From assembly GCA_050174015.1 (NCBI GenBank), contig JBFXKG010000007.1:141343-205342 (forward strand): 64,000 nt of DNA, written 5' to 3'. Shown one piece after another: positions 19,638 through 28,686 of the stretch. Source of the DNA: Candidatus Krumholzibacteriia bacterium (lineage in GTDB: Bacteria; Krumholzibacteriota; Krumholzibacteriia; LZORAL124-64-63). The notes below the pieces were generated by a model that saw only the letters and a list, made by a program, of their open reading frames with translations, was not told the origin of the DNA and did not search any database. Position 1 is the first letter of the stretch; each line of letters starts with the position of its first letter. A program made the position numbers and the translations under genes.

Positions 19638-20717
19638 ATGGCAATGCTGAACCGGACCCTGCTGTGGGGCTGCGGACGATCGCCTGTTTTCATGATCGCC
19701 CTGGCGACCTGGGCCTGGTGGACGCCTCTGATCACCTGGCAGGATCGCTGGGGGGATTTCGTCCACCACTTCCCCATGACCCTGACCATGATCCTCGGAT
19801 CCTTCATCGCCGGGGCCACGAGCGAAGGCGGTGGGGCCGTGGCCTTCCCGGTCCTGACGCTGGCTTTCGGGGTCGCCCCGCCCATCGCCCGGGACTTCGC
19901 CCTGATGATCCAGTCCGTGGGCATGACCGCCGCCGCGGTGGCCATCATCCGGGCGCGGATTCCCGTGGCCTGGGCTGCGGTGGCGCCGGTCAGCCTGGGC
20001 GGAGCCCTCGGACTGGTCGGCGGCATCACCTGGCTGTCCCCCCTGATGCCCCCGGCCCTGGTCAAGATCTTCTTCTGCTGCCTGTGGCTGAGCTTCGCCG
20101 TGGCGCTGCACCTGATCAGCCTGAGGGGATCGGTCGGCCAGACCGACGATTTCCGCCCCGGCGAGTGCGGTCTGCCCGTTCCCGCCCTGTTCGGGATCGG
20201 TCTGGTGGGAGGAGTGGTCTCATCCCTGGTGGGATCGGGCATCGACATCCTGACCTTCGCCTTCCTGACCCTGCAATCACGGCTGAGCGAGCGGGTCGCC
20301 ACGCCGACGTCGGTGATCCTGATGGCCGTCAACGCCGTCGTGGGATTCGGCTGGCAGGGGGCGGTGCGCGGGGTGATCGATCCCCGGGCCTGGTCGTTCT
20401 GGTACGTCTGCGTCCCGGTCGTGGTCCTGGGGGCGCCGCTTGGCGCCTGGTTCATCCGGAATCGCTCTTCGGCGTTCATCCGGCGCCTGCTTTACGTGTG
20501 CATCGGGGCGCAGTTCATCGGGGCGGTGCTCATCCTGCCCTTCAGCCCCGCACTGTTCCTGGTGGGCAGTTCGACCTTCGCCGCAGGATCGCTCCTGTTC
20601 ATCCTGCTCGGCCTGCGGGGCGCCCGGCGGCTGCAGGATCGGGTCCGGCCCCCGGAAACCGATCCCCTCGCAACGCCTTCCAGGAGGGGAGACCCTTGTC
20701 CCGATCCCGGAACCTGA
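19638..20717 (+). CDS. sulfite exporter TauE/SafE family membrane protein
   Basis: GSFIAGATSEGGGAVAFP, QSVGM, GSGID, ATPTSV, PVVVLGAPLG; multiple TMs. Confidence 0.8.
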   Translation: MAMLNRTLLWGCGRSPVFMIALATWAWWTPLITWQDRWGDFVHHFPMTLTMILGSFIAGATSEGGGAVAFPVLTLAFGVAPPIARDFALMIQSVGMTAAAVAIIRARIPVAWAAVAPVSLGGALGLVGGITWLSPLMPPALVKIFFCCLWLSFAVALHLISLRGSVGQTDDFRPGECGLPVPALFGIGLVGGVVSSLVGSGIDILTFAFLTLQSRLSERVATPTSVILMAVNAVVGFGWQGAVRGVIDPRAWSFWYVCVPVVVLGAPLGAWFIRNRSSAFIRRLLYVCIGAQFIGAVLILPFSPALFLVGSSTFAAGSLLFILLGLRGARRLQDRVRPPETDPLATPSRRGDPCPDPGT

Positions 20718-22591
20718 TCCCCCATCTCCTGATGGCGGTCCTGCTGGCCGGTGGCTGGTTCGTGATCCGGCCCCGGGCCGCCGCCTTGCCTGACACGGGT
20801 CTGGTCTTCACCGAGATCGCCGCCCCGGCCGGGGCGTCCAACGTGCACCGGCCCTGCGTTCTCTCCGAACGCTTCGCCAACATCATGCCCTGGTTGACCG
20901 GGGCCGGCGCCGCGGTGGCCGCCGGCGACTTCGACGGCGACGGCTGGGTGGACTTCTACGTGACCAACAGCGGGCGCGGCGTGCCCAACCGCCTGTTCCG
21001 GAACGGGGGCGACGGGACCTTCGCCGACGTGGCCTCCCGGGCGGGCGTGGCCGCCTGCAACGACGAGGGCGCCACCATGGACGCGGCCTTCCTGGATTAC
21101 GACAACGACGGGGACCAGGACCTCTACGTGGCGCGCTGGGGCGCCGGAAACCTCCTGTTCGAGAACCGTGGGGACGGGACCTTCCGGGAGGGGAGCCGGG
21201 AGGCCGGGGCCGACGTCTGGGGCTATCCCAACGGGATCCTGGTCTTCGACTTCGACCGGGACGGTCTGCCGGACATCCTCCTGGCCCACTACTTCGCCGC
21301 CGAGGTCGAGGACCCGCGGAACGGTCGGCTCGCCCGCAACGACCTGTGGGATCCGGTCACCACCAGGGTCATGCACGAGACCACCACCAGCGCCCGCAAC
21401 GGCGGGTCGAACGTCCTGCTGCACAACCGGGGGGACGGCCGGTTCGTCCGCGCCGAGGCCGATCTGGGGCTGGTGGAGACGGGGTGGTCCCTCGATGCGG
21501 GGGCGGGCGACCTGGACAACGACGGCTGGCCCGACCTCTACGTGGCCAACGACTACGGTCCGGACGACGTCTACCTCAACGAGGGCGGAACCAGGTTCGT
21601 CCGCATCGAGGACGGGCAGGGGCGGCCGGGAATCGGCAGGGACTGGTGGAAGGGCATGAACGTCGATCTGGCCGACGTGGACGGCAACGGCTACCTGGAC
21701 ATCTACGTGGCCAACATCCTGGTCCCCGGTCACATCGTCGAGGGCAACATGCTGTGGATGGGGTACCCGGATCCCCGTCGGCCGGGCGGCGTCCGCTACG
21801 ACAATCTCGGCGAGAGGAGCGGCGCCATGGACGGAGGCTGGGGCTGGGGCGCCAGGTTCGGCGACTTCAACAACGACGGGCTGGGCGACCTGCTGGCGGT
21901 CAACGGGTTCGTCAGCGGCCGTGATCCCCGCCGCCAGTACTGGTTCGCCCTCCAGGAACTGAGCGCCCAGCACAAGGGCAACATCGCCGATGCGGCCAAC
22001 TGGCTGCCCATGGAGGACCTCGATTTGGCCGGCCACCAGTCCAGCCGCCTGTTCCTGCAGACCCGGGGCCGGGGGTCCCGCCTGCCCAGGTTCGTCGACG
22101 CGGCCGCTTCCTGCGGCCTGACCGACCGCAACGATGGCCGGGGGGTCGCCCTGGCCGACATCGACCGGGACGGGGACCTGGACGTCTACGTCGCGAACCA
22201 GAACGGGCCCAGCTGCCTGTACCGCAACGACGGGGCGCCCGGGCCCGGCGCCCGCTGGCTGGGCGTCCTTCTGGAGGGCGATCCGGCCGGTCGGCCGGGC
22301 GCGGACGGACGCATCCTGGCCTCCAGCCGCGACGCCTGGGGCGCCAGGGTCACGGTCCATGCCGGCCCGCGCCGCTGGCTCCAGGAGGTCGCCGGTGCGA
22401 ACGGATTCTCCAGTCAGAACCAGAACCGCCTCCACTTCGGCCTGGGCCAGGTGGCCGCGGTGGACTCGGTGGTGGTCCGCTGGCCGAGCGGTCTGAGGGA
22501 GTCGGCGCCCGGTCAGTTGCTGACCCTGGACAGGGACTACCGCTGGCGGGAAGGCCGGATCCGGGCGGAACTCGGCAGGGGGCTGCCGTGA
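20696..22591 (+). CDS. CRTAC1/ASPIC-UnbV family FG-GAP repeat protein
   Basis: TTG start after AGGAGG; repeated DxDxDGxxD motifs, GWGWGARFGDFNNDG, C-terminal GARV..SSQ..LHFGLG..VRWPSG. Confidence 0.85.
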   Translation: MSRSRNLIPHLLMAVLLAGGWFVIRPRAAALPDTGLVFTEIAAPAGASNVHRPCVLSERFANIMPWLTGAGAAVAAGDFDGDGWVDFYVTNSGRGVPNRLFRNGGDGTFADVASRAGVAACNDEGATMDAAFLDYDNDGDQDLYVARWGAGNLLFENRGDGTFREGSREAGADVWGYPNGILVFDFDRDGLPDILLAHYFAAEVEDPRNGRLARNDLWDPVTTRVMHETTTSARNGGSNVLLHNRGDGRFVRAEADLGLVETGWSLDAGAGDLDNDGWPDLYVANDYGPDDVYLNEGGTRFVRIEDGQGRPGIGRDWWKGMNVDLADVDGNGYLDIYVANILVPGHIVEGNMLWMGYPDPRRPGGVRYDNLGERSGAMDGGWGWGARFGDFNNDGLGDLLAVNGFVSGRDPRRQYWFALQELSAQHKGNIADAANWLPMEDLDLAGHQSSRLFLQTRGRGSRLPRFVDAAASCGLTDRNDGRGVALADIDRDGDLDVYVANQNGPSCLYRNDGAPGPGARWLGVLLEGDPAGRPGADGRILASSRDAWGARVTVHAGPRRWLQEVAGANGFSSQNQNRLHFGLGQVAAVDSVVVRWPSGLRESAPGQLLTLDRDYRWREGRIRAELGRGLP

Positions 22592-23415
22592 GGAAGCCGT
22601 TGACGGTCGTCGCACCGAGCCTGCGCGATCCCCGCGTGACCTTGCTGGGCGCGCTTTCCACCTACACGGTCCTGGGCCAGTTCGTGCTGTTCTTCGACAT
22701 CCGGCCGGTGGAACTGGCGGCCTGCCTGGCCACGTCCGGGTTCCTGGACCTGGTCATGACGGTGGCGATGAAGCGCCGTCTGGAGGTTCCCCTGAGCGGC
22801 CTGATCACCGGCCTGAGCATCGGGCTGCTCCTGGAGAGCTACGATCTGCGGGTCTTCTTCCTGGCGTCCGGGTGGGGGGTCATGTCGAAGTACCTGGTGC
22901 GGTACGAGGGACGCCACCTTTTCAATCCCTCCAACTTCGCCGTCGTGGCGGCCCTGGTCCTGGCCCACGGATCGGCTGCGGTCTCCCAGGGGGCCCAGTG
23001 GGGCAACCACGTCGGGTTCGCCCTGGTCATCCTCGTCCTCGGGTCGCTGATGATGATCCGCGTGGGGCGTTTCCCCGTGGTGGCCGGCTGGCTGTCGGGG
23101 TATGTCGCCATGGGATTCATGCGCATCCTGGCCGGACAGGGGGGACTGGTGTTCACCCTGGGGCCGATGACCAGCGCGGAATTCGCCCTCTTCTCCTTCT
23201 CCATGCTGCCGGATCCGAAGACCTCCCCCCGTGAGGTCCCCACCCAGTTCGCCTGGGGCCTGGGGCTGGGGCTGATGGACGGGATCATGCGCCTGGCGGG
23301 GATCAAGTACTCCATGTTCTTCGCCCTGTTCGCCTTCTGTGCAGCCCGGCCCTGGATCGAGAAGGTCGGTCAGCGGCTTTTCCGGCCGAGGGCGCTGCAG
23401 GCGTCCCGCCCCTGA
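22588..23415 (+). CDS. UnbU / RnfD-NqrB-like integral membrane protein
   Basis: DPR, SGLITGLS, SKYLVR..HLFNPSNF, MLPDPKTSP; GTGA overlap with upstream gene. Confidence 0.7.
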   Translation: MRKPLTVVAPSLRDPRVTLLGALSTYTVLGQFVLFFDIRPVELAACLATSGFLDLVMTVAMKRRLEVPLSGLITGLSIGLLLESYDLRVFFLASGWGVMSKYLVRYEGRHLFNPSNFAVVAALVLAHGSAAVSQGAQWGNHVGFALVILVLGSLMMIRVGRFPVVAGWLSGYVAMGFMRILAGQGGLVFTLGPMTSAEFALFSFSMLPDPKTSPREVPTQFAWGLGLGLMDGIMRLAGIKYSMFFALFAFCAARPWIEKVGQRLFRPRALQASRP

Positions 23416-23516
23416 TTCCGCCGGATCTTTAAGTTGATATTCCATATCAAGTTATCTCGATTAAGCCTATCGTTTATATATGTTATTTTTTTATGCAAAA
23501 CTGTTAAACAATTATC

Positions 23517-23545
23517 TTGATCCCCTGGAATCCGTTGTCTACCCT
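23517..23545 (+). promoter_or_regulatory. sigma70-type promoter candidate for the cytochrome operon
   Basis: TTGATC-N17-TACCCT, downstream of an AT-rich tract. Confidence 0.4.
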
Positions 23546-23554
23546 TCCCGGACG

Positions 23555-23576
23555 GAAGTCAATAAACGTTTACTTC
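23555..23576. promoter_or_regulatory. imperfect palindrome, candidate TetR operator
   Basis: GAAGTcAA-taaacg-TTtACTTC between the putative -10 and the RBS of the decaheme gene; a TetR gene is in the same operon. Confidence 0.45.
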
Positions 23577-23594
23577 TGCCGTGGAGGTTGAACG

Positions 23595-24512
23595 ATGTTG
23601 CGCCTCTTGCTGCCGGCCTCGATGGTGGTGGCCCTCGCATTCCTGCTCGCGGGAACGGCGCCCGCGATCGCCGGAACGGGCTACCTCGACCAGTTCGAAA
23701 TCCCCGCAGATGCGGCTTACGCCGGGGCGCAATCCTGCCTCGACTGCCACGACGACGTCGCCGCCTCCTACGCCCACTCACCGCATGCCGTCGATCTGGG
23801 GCTGGCCGTTCCGGGAACCGGAGCGGCTTCCTGCGAGGCCTGCCACGGGCCGGGCAGCCGGCACGTCGCCGGCGATGGCGAAGGCTTCATCCTCGGCGCG
23901 GAACACCTCGGCGGCCTGGACGATGACGGCCTGGTCCTGATGTGTACCCAGTGCCACACGGGGCAGGGGCTCGTCTGGGGGGAGGGCCCGCACGCGGGGA
24001 CGGGAACGACCTGCGCGTCGTGCCATGCCGACCAGGTCCACTTCGCGGTCCAGGCCCTGCCTGCGGCCGACTACCGCAACCCCTCCGAGTTCTGCCTCCA
24101 GTGCCATCCCGACCAGGTGGCCGATTTCCGGATGCCGTTCCGTCACCGGGTGCTCGAAGGCCAGGTTTCGTGTGCCGACTGCCACGATCCCCACGCAGGC
24201 TTCGCGACGGGTTGGAACGGGCTCAACGAGACCTGCCTGGCCTGCCACGTCGAAATGAGCGGGCCGTTCGTCTTCGAGCATGAGGGCGTTGCGGGTGAGG
24301 ACTGCACAATCTGCCACCGCCCCCACGGATCGCTCAACGACAAGCTGCTGGTCCAGGACGGCAACGGGCTGTGCCTGCAGTGCCACTTCGAATCCGGCCT
24401 CACCTTCGGCGACACGGGGCACCAGGGGGTCCTGGTCAACGAGGCCCGGTGCTACGACTGCCACGGCGAGGTGCACGGATCCCATACCTCCCCAACCCTG
24501 GGTTACAACTAG
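23595..24512 (+). CDS. DmsE/MtrA-family periplasmic decaheme cytochrome c
   Basis: Signal peptide; ten CxxCH; CEACHGPGSRH, FRMPFRH, CADCHDPH, GPFVFEH, CHRPHGS, CHGEVHGS signature order. Confidence 0.9.
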   Translation: MLRLLLPASMVVALAFLLAGTAPAIAGTGYLDQFEIPADAAYAGAQSCLDCHDDVAASYAHSPHAVDLGLAVPGTGAASCEACHGPGSRHVAGDGEGFILGAEHLGGLDDDGLVLMCTQCHTGQGLVWGEGPHAGTGTTCASCHADQVHFAVQALPAADYRNPSEFCLQCHPDQVADFRMPFRHRVLEGQVSCADCHDPHAGFATGWNGLNETCLACHVEMSGPFVFEHEGVAGEDCTICHRPHGSLNDKLLVQDGNGLCLQCHFESGLTFGDTGHQGVLVNEARCYDCHGEVHGSHTSPTLGYN

Positions 24513-24526
24513 GAAGGAGCGAGGCC

Positions 24527-26455
24527 ATGAAGAGGATTCCCATGACGACGAAGACGGGAGCGGCCTTGGCCCTTCTGATCTGTGCCGGGACGGCTGCAGC
24601 CGGCGATCTGCCTGTCCAGGCCCACCGGTTCTGGGCGCCGGCCGGCGACCTGGTCGGTCAAGAGGACCATTTCGCAGCAACGTTCCTGGTCCTGGACGAT
24701 CACGGCAGCACCGCCAAGATCGCCGAGGACTGGCAACTGATCGAGCAGTACGCGGGTGAAGGGCTTTTCCGCTGGTCCGGCAAGGGACTCGGCGGAGGCG
24801 ACCTGGTCCTGCGCGGGTACGGGACGACGCAGACCGGCGACTTCAACGGACGCTTTGGGGCGTCCTGCTCGCGGACCGGCCGCATGGTCTGGAACCTGGA
24901 CTACCGGCTCTTCGACAACTTCTACGACACGACCAGCGAGATGCGCACCTACGCCTTCAGCCTCGGCTCGGAGCCGCCGGTCCTGGAGCCGGCTCCGGCC
25001 CTGGGCTGGAACCGCGGACGGTTCGGCCTGCGCTACCACCTGGCCGACGGTCTGGACGCCAGGGTCGGCTACGTCAGGATGGCCCGCGACGGCGACAAGA
25101 GCAGTCTCGATCGACTCCACGGCTCGACCGTAGAGTACGCCCAGGTTCCCGGACGCAAGGTCCTGGACCTGACCTCCCAGGAGTTCACCGTGGGCTTCAG
25201 CCTGGCCCGGGGGAACCTCGGCACCGACCTGGAACTGGGCTACCGGGGATACGACGGCACCCGCACGATCGACGACGACCGGACCGTCGCCGACGACCAC
25301 AAGACCACCAGCGCCCGCCTGGACCTGGCCTACGACATGGGCCCGAGCCTGCGCCTGCTCGGCGGGGGATCCCTCGCCAAGGTGGAGAACGACGGCAGCG
25401 AGACCCGGGACGGCGGGGGCCGCCCGCTGACCACCGAGACCGACCTGAGCGCAGGCCGGCTGGGGGCCATCGCCAGGCTGGGCGATTCCGCCGTGCTGCG
25501 TCTGGGCGCGGTGGTCCAGGCCCGGAACACCGAAGGCGACCTCGACGCGGGAACCGACGAGGTCCTGGCGGTGGACCGGGAGCGCAAGAGCACCGACCTG
25601 AGGGCCCGCCTCTCCTACACGGGGATTTCCCGGACAAGGCTGCAGGGCCACGTCGGCTACAAGACGTCCGACCTGGACGAGGTGACCACCTCCGGCGGAC
25701 TGCCCGGGGGCCAGGTCGAAGCGGCCCAGATCGTGGCCCAGGAAAAGACCACCTTCACCGCGGGTTTCGACGCCAGCAGGCGCCTGAGCCGCAAGGTCTC
25801 CCTGCGGCTGGACTTCGGCTACTCCGGGACAGAGACCGACGAGTTGACCACCAATGCCAACGGCGGGACCGACCTGTGGTACTTCGCCATGGGCGACCGC
25901 AAGCAGGACCGGATGGACTGGCGCATCGCCCTGCAGGCCCGTCCCCTGACGACCCTGCGGCTGGACGTCGGCCACCAGACCGACGAGAGGACCTTCGAGC
26001 GCGAGGACGGACTCTCCTCGAAGACGGAGTGGAAGGCGCAGCAGGGCTTCGCCGCCCTGTCGTGGGTCGCCCACGAGCGCGTCACCTTCACCGGGAACGT
26101 CACCTACGGGGTGGAGGAGTTCACCTTGACCGGCGGCCCCGAACCCACCGCGGGCCTTGGCCCCCTGCGCTATGACGGCACGACCCTGCGGTTCATGCCC
26201 GGGGCCTGCGTACGGCTCAGCGGGAAGTGGACGCTCGAGGGCTTCTACGAGGGCGTCCGCTACGAGGACACCGGGGATGAAGGGGTCATCGACGTCCTGG
26301 AGGCGGACCACGATCGGACCACCATCCGCTCGTCCTACCGGCTGGGCGAGCCCCTGACGGTGACGGCGACCTACCGCCGGTACGAGTTCGACGAGAACCG
26401 CTGGGACGACACCATCACCGACCTGTACGCCCTATCCCTGTCGGGGAGGTTCTAA
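24527..26455 (+). CDS. MtrB/PioB-like outer-membrane beta-barrel porin
   Basis: Directly after the decaheme gene; signal peptide; alternating amphipathic strands; C-terminal YALSLSGRF. Confidence 0.72.
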   Translation: MKRIPMTTKTGAALALLICAGTAAAGDLPVQAHRFWAPAGDLVGQEDHFAATFLVLDDHGSTAKIAEDWQLIEQYAGEGLFRWSGKGLGGGDLVLRGYGTTQTGDFNGRFGASCSRTGRMVWNLDYRLFDNFYDTTSEMRTYAFSLGSEPPVLEPAPALGWNRGRFGLRYHLADGLDARVGYVRMARDGDKSSLDRLHGSTVEYAQVPGRKVLDLTSQEFTVGFSLARGNLGTDLELGYRGYDGTRTIDDDRTVADDHKTTSARLDLAYDMGPSLRLLGGGSLAKVENDGSETRDGGGRPLTTETDLSAGRLGAIARLGDSAVLRLGAVVQARNTEGDLDAGTDEVLAVDRERKSTDLRARLSYTGISRTRLQGHVGYKTSDLDEVTTSGGLPGGQVEAAQIVAQEKTTFTAGFDASRRLSRKVSLRLDFGYSGTETDELTTNANGGTDLWYFAMGDRKQDRMDWRIALQARPLTTLRLDVGHQTDERTFEREDGLSSKTEWKAQQGFAALSWVAHERVTFTGNVTYGVEEFTLTGGPEPTAGLGPLRYDGTTLRFMPGACVRLSGKWTLEGFYEGVRYEDTGDEGVIDVLEADHDRTTIRSSYRLGEPLTVTATYRRYEFDENRWDDTITDLYALSLSGRF

Positions 26456-26458
26456 GCG

Positions 26459-27058
26459 GTGACCAGCGATCGGCGGCAGCAGATCCTGACAGAAGCGACG
26501 ACCCTGTTCGCCAGGCTGGGCGCGGCGGGAACCTCCATGCGGAGGATCGCCAGGAGCTGCGGGATCACCGAGGCCGCCATCTACCGCCACTTCGAGAACA
26601 AGGCCGACCTCTACCGGGAGGCTATCCGCCAGAAGGCCACCCGCCACGACCTGGCGGGCCACCTGGCGGGCATGGCCGGTGCAGGAGACGTCGAGGACGT
26701 CCTCGGCGGCGTGGCCCGGGCGATCCTGGCCCTGGCGAACAAGGATCCCGAACTGATGCGCCTGATGTTCAAGAACAGCTTCGACGGCGGCGAGGTCGCG
26801 GGAGTGCTGTTCCGGGAGGTCAGGTTGCCGTTCATCGCGTTTTTGAAGGAAGAGCTCCAGAAGCGGATCGACGCCGGCGAGATCCGGCCCGTCGATCCGT
26901 TCATCACCGCCCGCTGCTTCGTGGGCATGGTCATGGATTGCGCCCTGAACGTCGGCGTCTGGACCACGGTTTCGGAGGCCGAATTCCAAGCCGACGACGT
27001 GATCTGCAACAACGTTCCGATTTTTGCCCGAGGCCTGAAACGCGACGCCGCCGGTTGA
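26459..27058 (+). CDS. TetR/AcrR family transcriptional regulator
   Basis: RRQQIL..ATTLFA..GTSMRRIA..GITEAAIYRHFENKADL. Confidence 0.9.
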   Translation: MTSDRRQQILTEATTLFARLGAAGTSMRRIARSCGITEAAIYRHFENKADLYREAIRQKATRHDLAGHLAGMAGAGDVEDVLGGVARAILALANKDPELMRLMFKNSFDGGEVAGVLFREVRLPFIAFLKEELQKRIDAGEIRPVDPFITARCFVGMVMDCALNVGVWTTVSEAEFQADDVICNNVPIFARGLKRDAAG

Positions 27059-27083
27059 GGCGGCGCCAACCCAGGAGAGTCCC

Positions 27084-28589
27084 ATGAGACGTGCACTATC
27101 CCTGATGGCCGTGACGGCGCTGGTCCTCCTGGCGCTCTGGGGGTGTGAAAACGACACATCCAACCAGATCGCCGGGATCGACGACGGCGGCCCCACCACG
27201 ACGGACATGACCTGCGTGGGCTGCCACTCGAGCGAGGAGATGCTGAAGGCCGCCCTGGGCGATCCCCAGGGAGCGGAAATCCACACGTGGAACAAGGACG
27301 ACGGCTGAGGGGGCGAAGTACCCGCGCTGGAAGCGTGGGAAAAGGTCATCATCACCGGCCGCTACGGCACCGAGTTCCTGAACAGCCCCCACGGGCCGGA
27401 CTACGAGGGCGACGACGTCGCTCACGTCCTGACCTGCCAGATGTGCCATGGCGGGGCGCCCGACCGCTCCTTCGCCACCATGGAACAGGCCCATGCGGGC
27501 ATGGTGAGGGATCCGAGCGCCCCCGGGCAATCGGGCTGCCTGGCCTGCCATGAGGAGGACGAGCCCGAATCCGCCTGCTCCATGTGCCACGAGGCGGAGG
27601 CCGACGCCAACCGCTTCAGCCTGCACAGCCGGCAATGGGGATACCTCACCGCGATCGAGGACCGCTGCAACTGCACCTTCGACGGGGAAGGCAACCCCGG
27701 CTACCAGGCCCGCTGCGCCGGCTGCCACACCACCTGCGGGCAGTGCCACGTCAGCCGACCCAACAGCGTGGGCGGGGGGTTCCCGAAGTTCGGGGGCGTG
27801 GCCTATGCGGGCCACCGTTTCTCCCGCACCCCGGACATGAACGAACAGTGCACCGCCTGCCACGGCAGCCGGGTGGGCGTGGACTACAAGGGCGAACTCG
27901 CGGGCAACCTTCCGGACGTCCACCGCGACAGGGGCTACAAGTGCGAGCTCTGCCACAAGGCCGACGAGATCCACGGGGACCCCAGCCATACCGAGAGCAA
28001 CCATTACGATCACCGCTACGAGGTGGCCAACATGCCGCGTTGCGAGGACTGCCACGGGCCCGGCATGGACGATGGCTGGGACAATCCCTACCACGCCGCC
28101 CACGTGAACGGCTTCGCCGGGGACGCCAACCTGCAGTGCCAGGTCTGCCACTCGCAGCCCTACAAGAACTGCACGAATTGCCACAACCTGCAGACCGCCG
28201 CGGGCGAGAGCTACGACATCGAACCTTCGTTGGCCCAGCTGAAGATCGCACGGAATCCGAGCCCGTACCGTACGGAATACGACTTCGCGTTGGTACGGCA
28301 CACGCCGATCGACCCGGAGACCTTCGCCAACTGGAACCTGAGCCTGCCCGGCTATCTGAGCAAGACCACCTGGCAGTACACGTCCCCGCACAACGTCCGC
28401 AGGTGGACGGAGCAGACGACCGTGCCCGAGGGGGCGTCATGCTCGGTCACCTGCCACCAGTCGCCCGACGGCCCGGAGGGGTTCCTCCTGCGGGAGTCCG
28501 ACCTCTACGACGGCCAGGGGGCTCCCCTGGTGGACTACGACGCCAACATCGGCATCGTGATCCGGGAGGACTTCCCGGGCAAGAAGTAG
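27084..28589 (+). CDS. multiheme c-type cytochrome lipoprotein, predicted selenoprotein (Sec at TGA 27306-27308), 501 aa
   Basis: ORFs 27084-27308 and 27441-28589 share a frame with only one TGA between them; read-through gives DDG-U-GGEVPALEAWEKV..CQMCH; lipobox LWGC; 11 CxxCH + 1 CxxxCH; SECIS-like hairpin. Confidence 0.8.
27321..27339 (+). promoter_or_regulatory. bacterial SECIS-like hairpin
   Basis: CCCGCGCT-GGA-AGCGTGGG (8 bp including one G-U), 12 nt after the in-frame TGA, G at the start of the apical loop. Confidence 0.65.
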
Positions 28590-28597
28590 CGTCAAGG

Positions 28598-28621
28598 GGC
28601 CGCCCGCGCAGGCGGGCGGCC
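28598..28621 (+). other. 10-bp GC hairpin without U-tract (possible mRNA stability element)
   Basis: GGCCGCCCGC-gcag-GCGGGCGGCC between the cytochrome and rhodanese genes. Confidence 0.45.
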
Positions 28622-28686
28622 ATCAACCATGGCGGCACAGGGGGCTGCCGAACGGGGCGAGTTCGCCCGTACAAGGAGTGGGAACG

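Noticed and set aside
20696..23415. Enediyne biosynthetic gene cluster
   Set aside because: Only UnbV/UnbU-like genes are present; no PKS, thioesterase or UnbL in the window
23434..23450. FNR box
   Set aside because: TTGAT and ATCAA are separated by 7 nt rather than 4; kept only as a generic palindrome
27441..28589. Stand-alone 382-aa cytochrome as called by the ORF track (and the separate 74-aa lipoprotein)
   Set aside because: The start lies inside a CxxCH motif, with no SD and no signal peptide; better explained by UGA read-through from 27084
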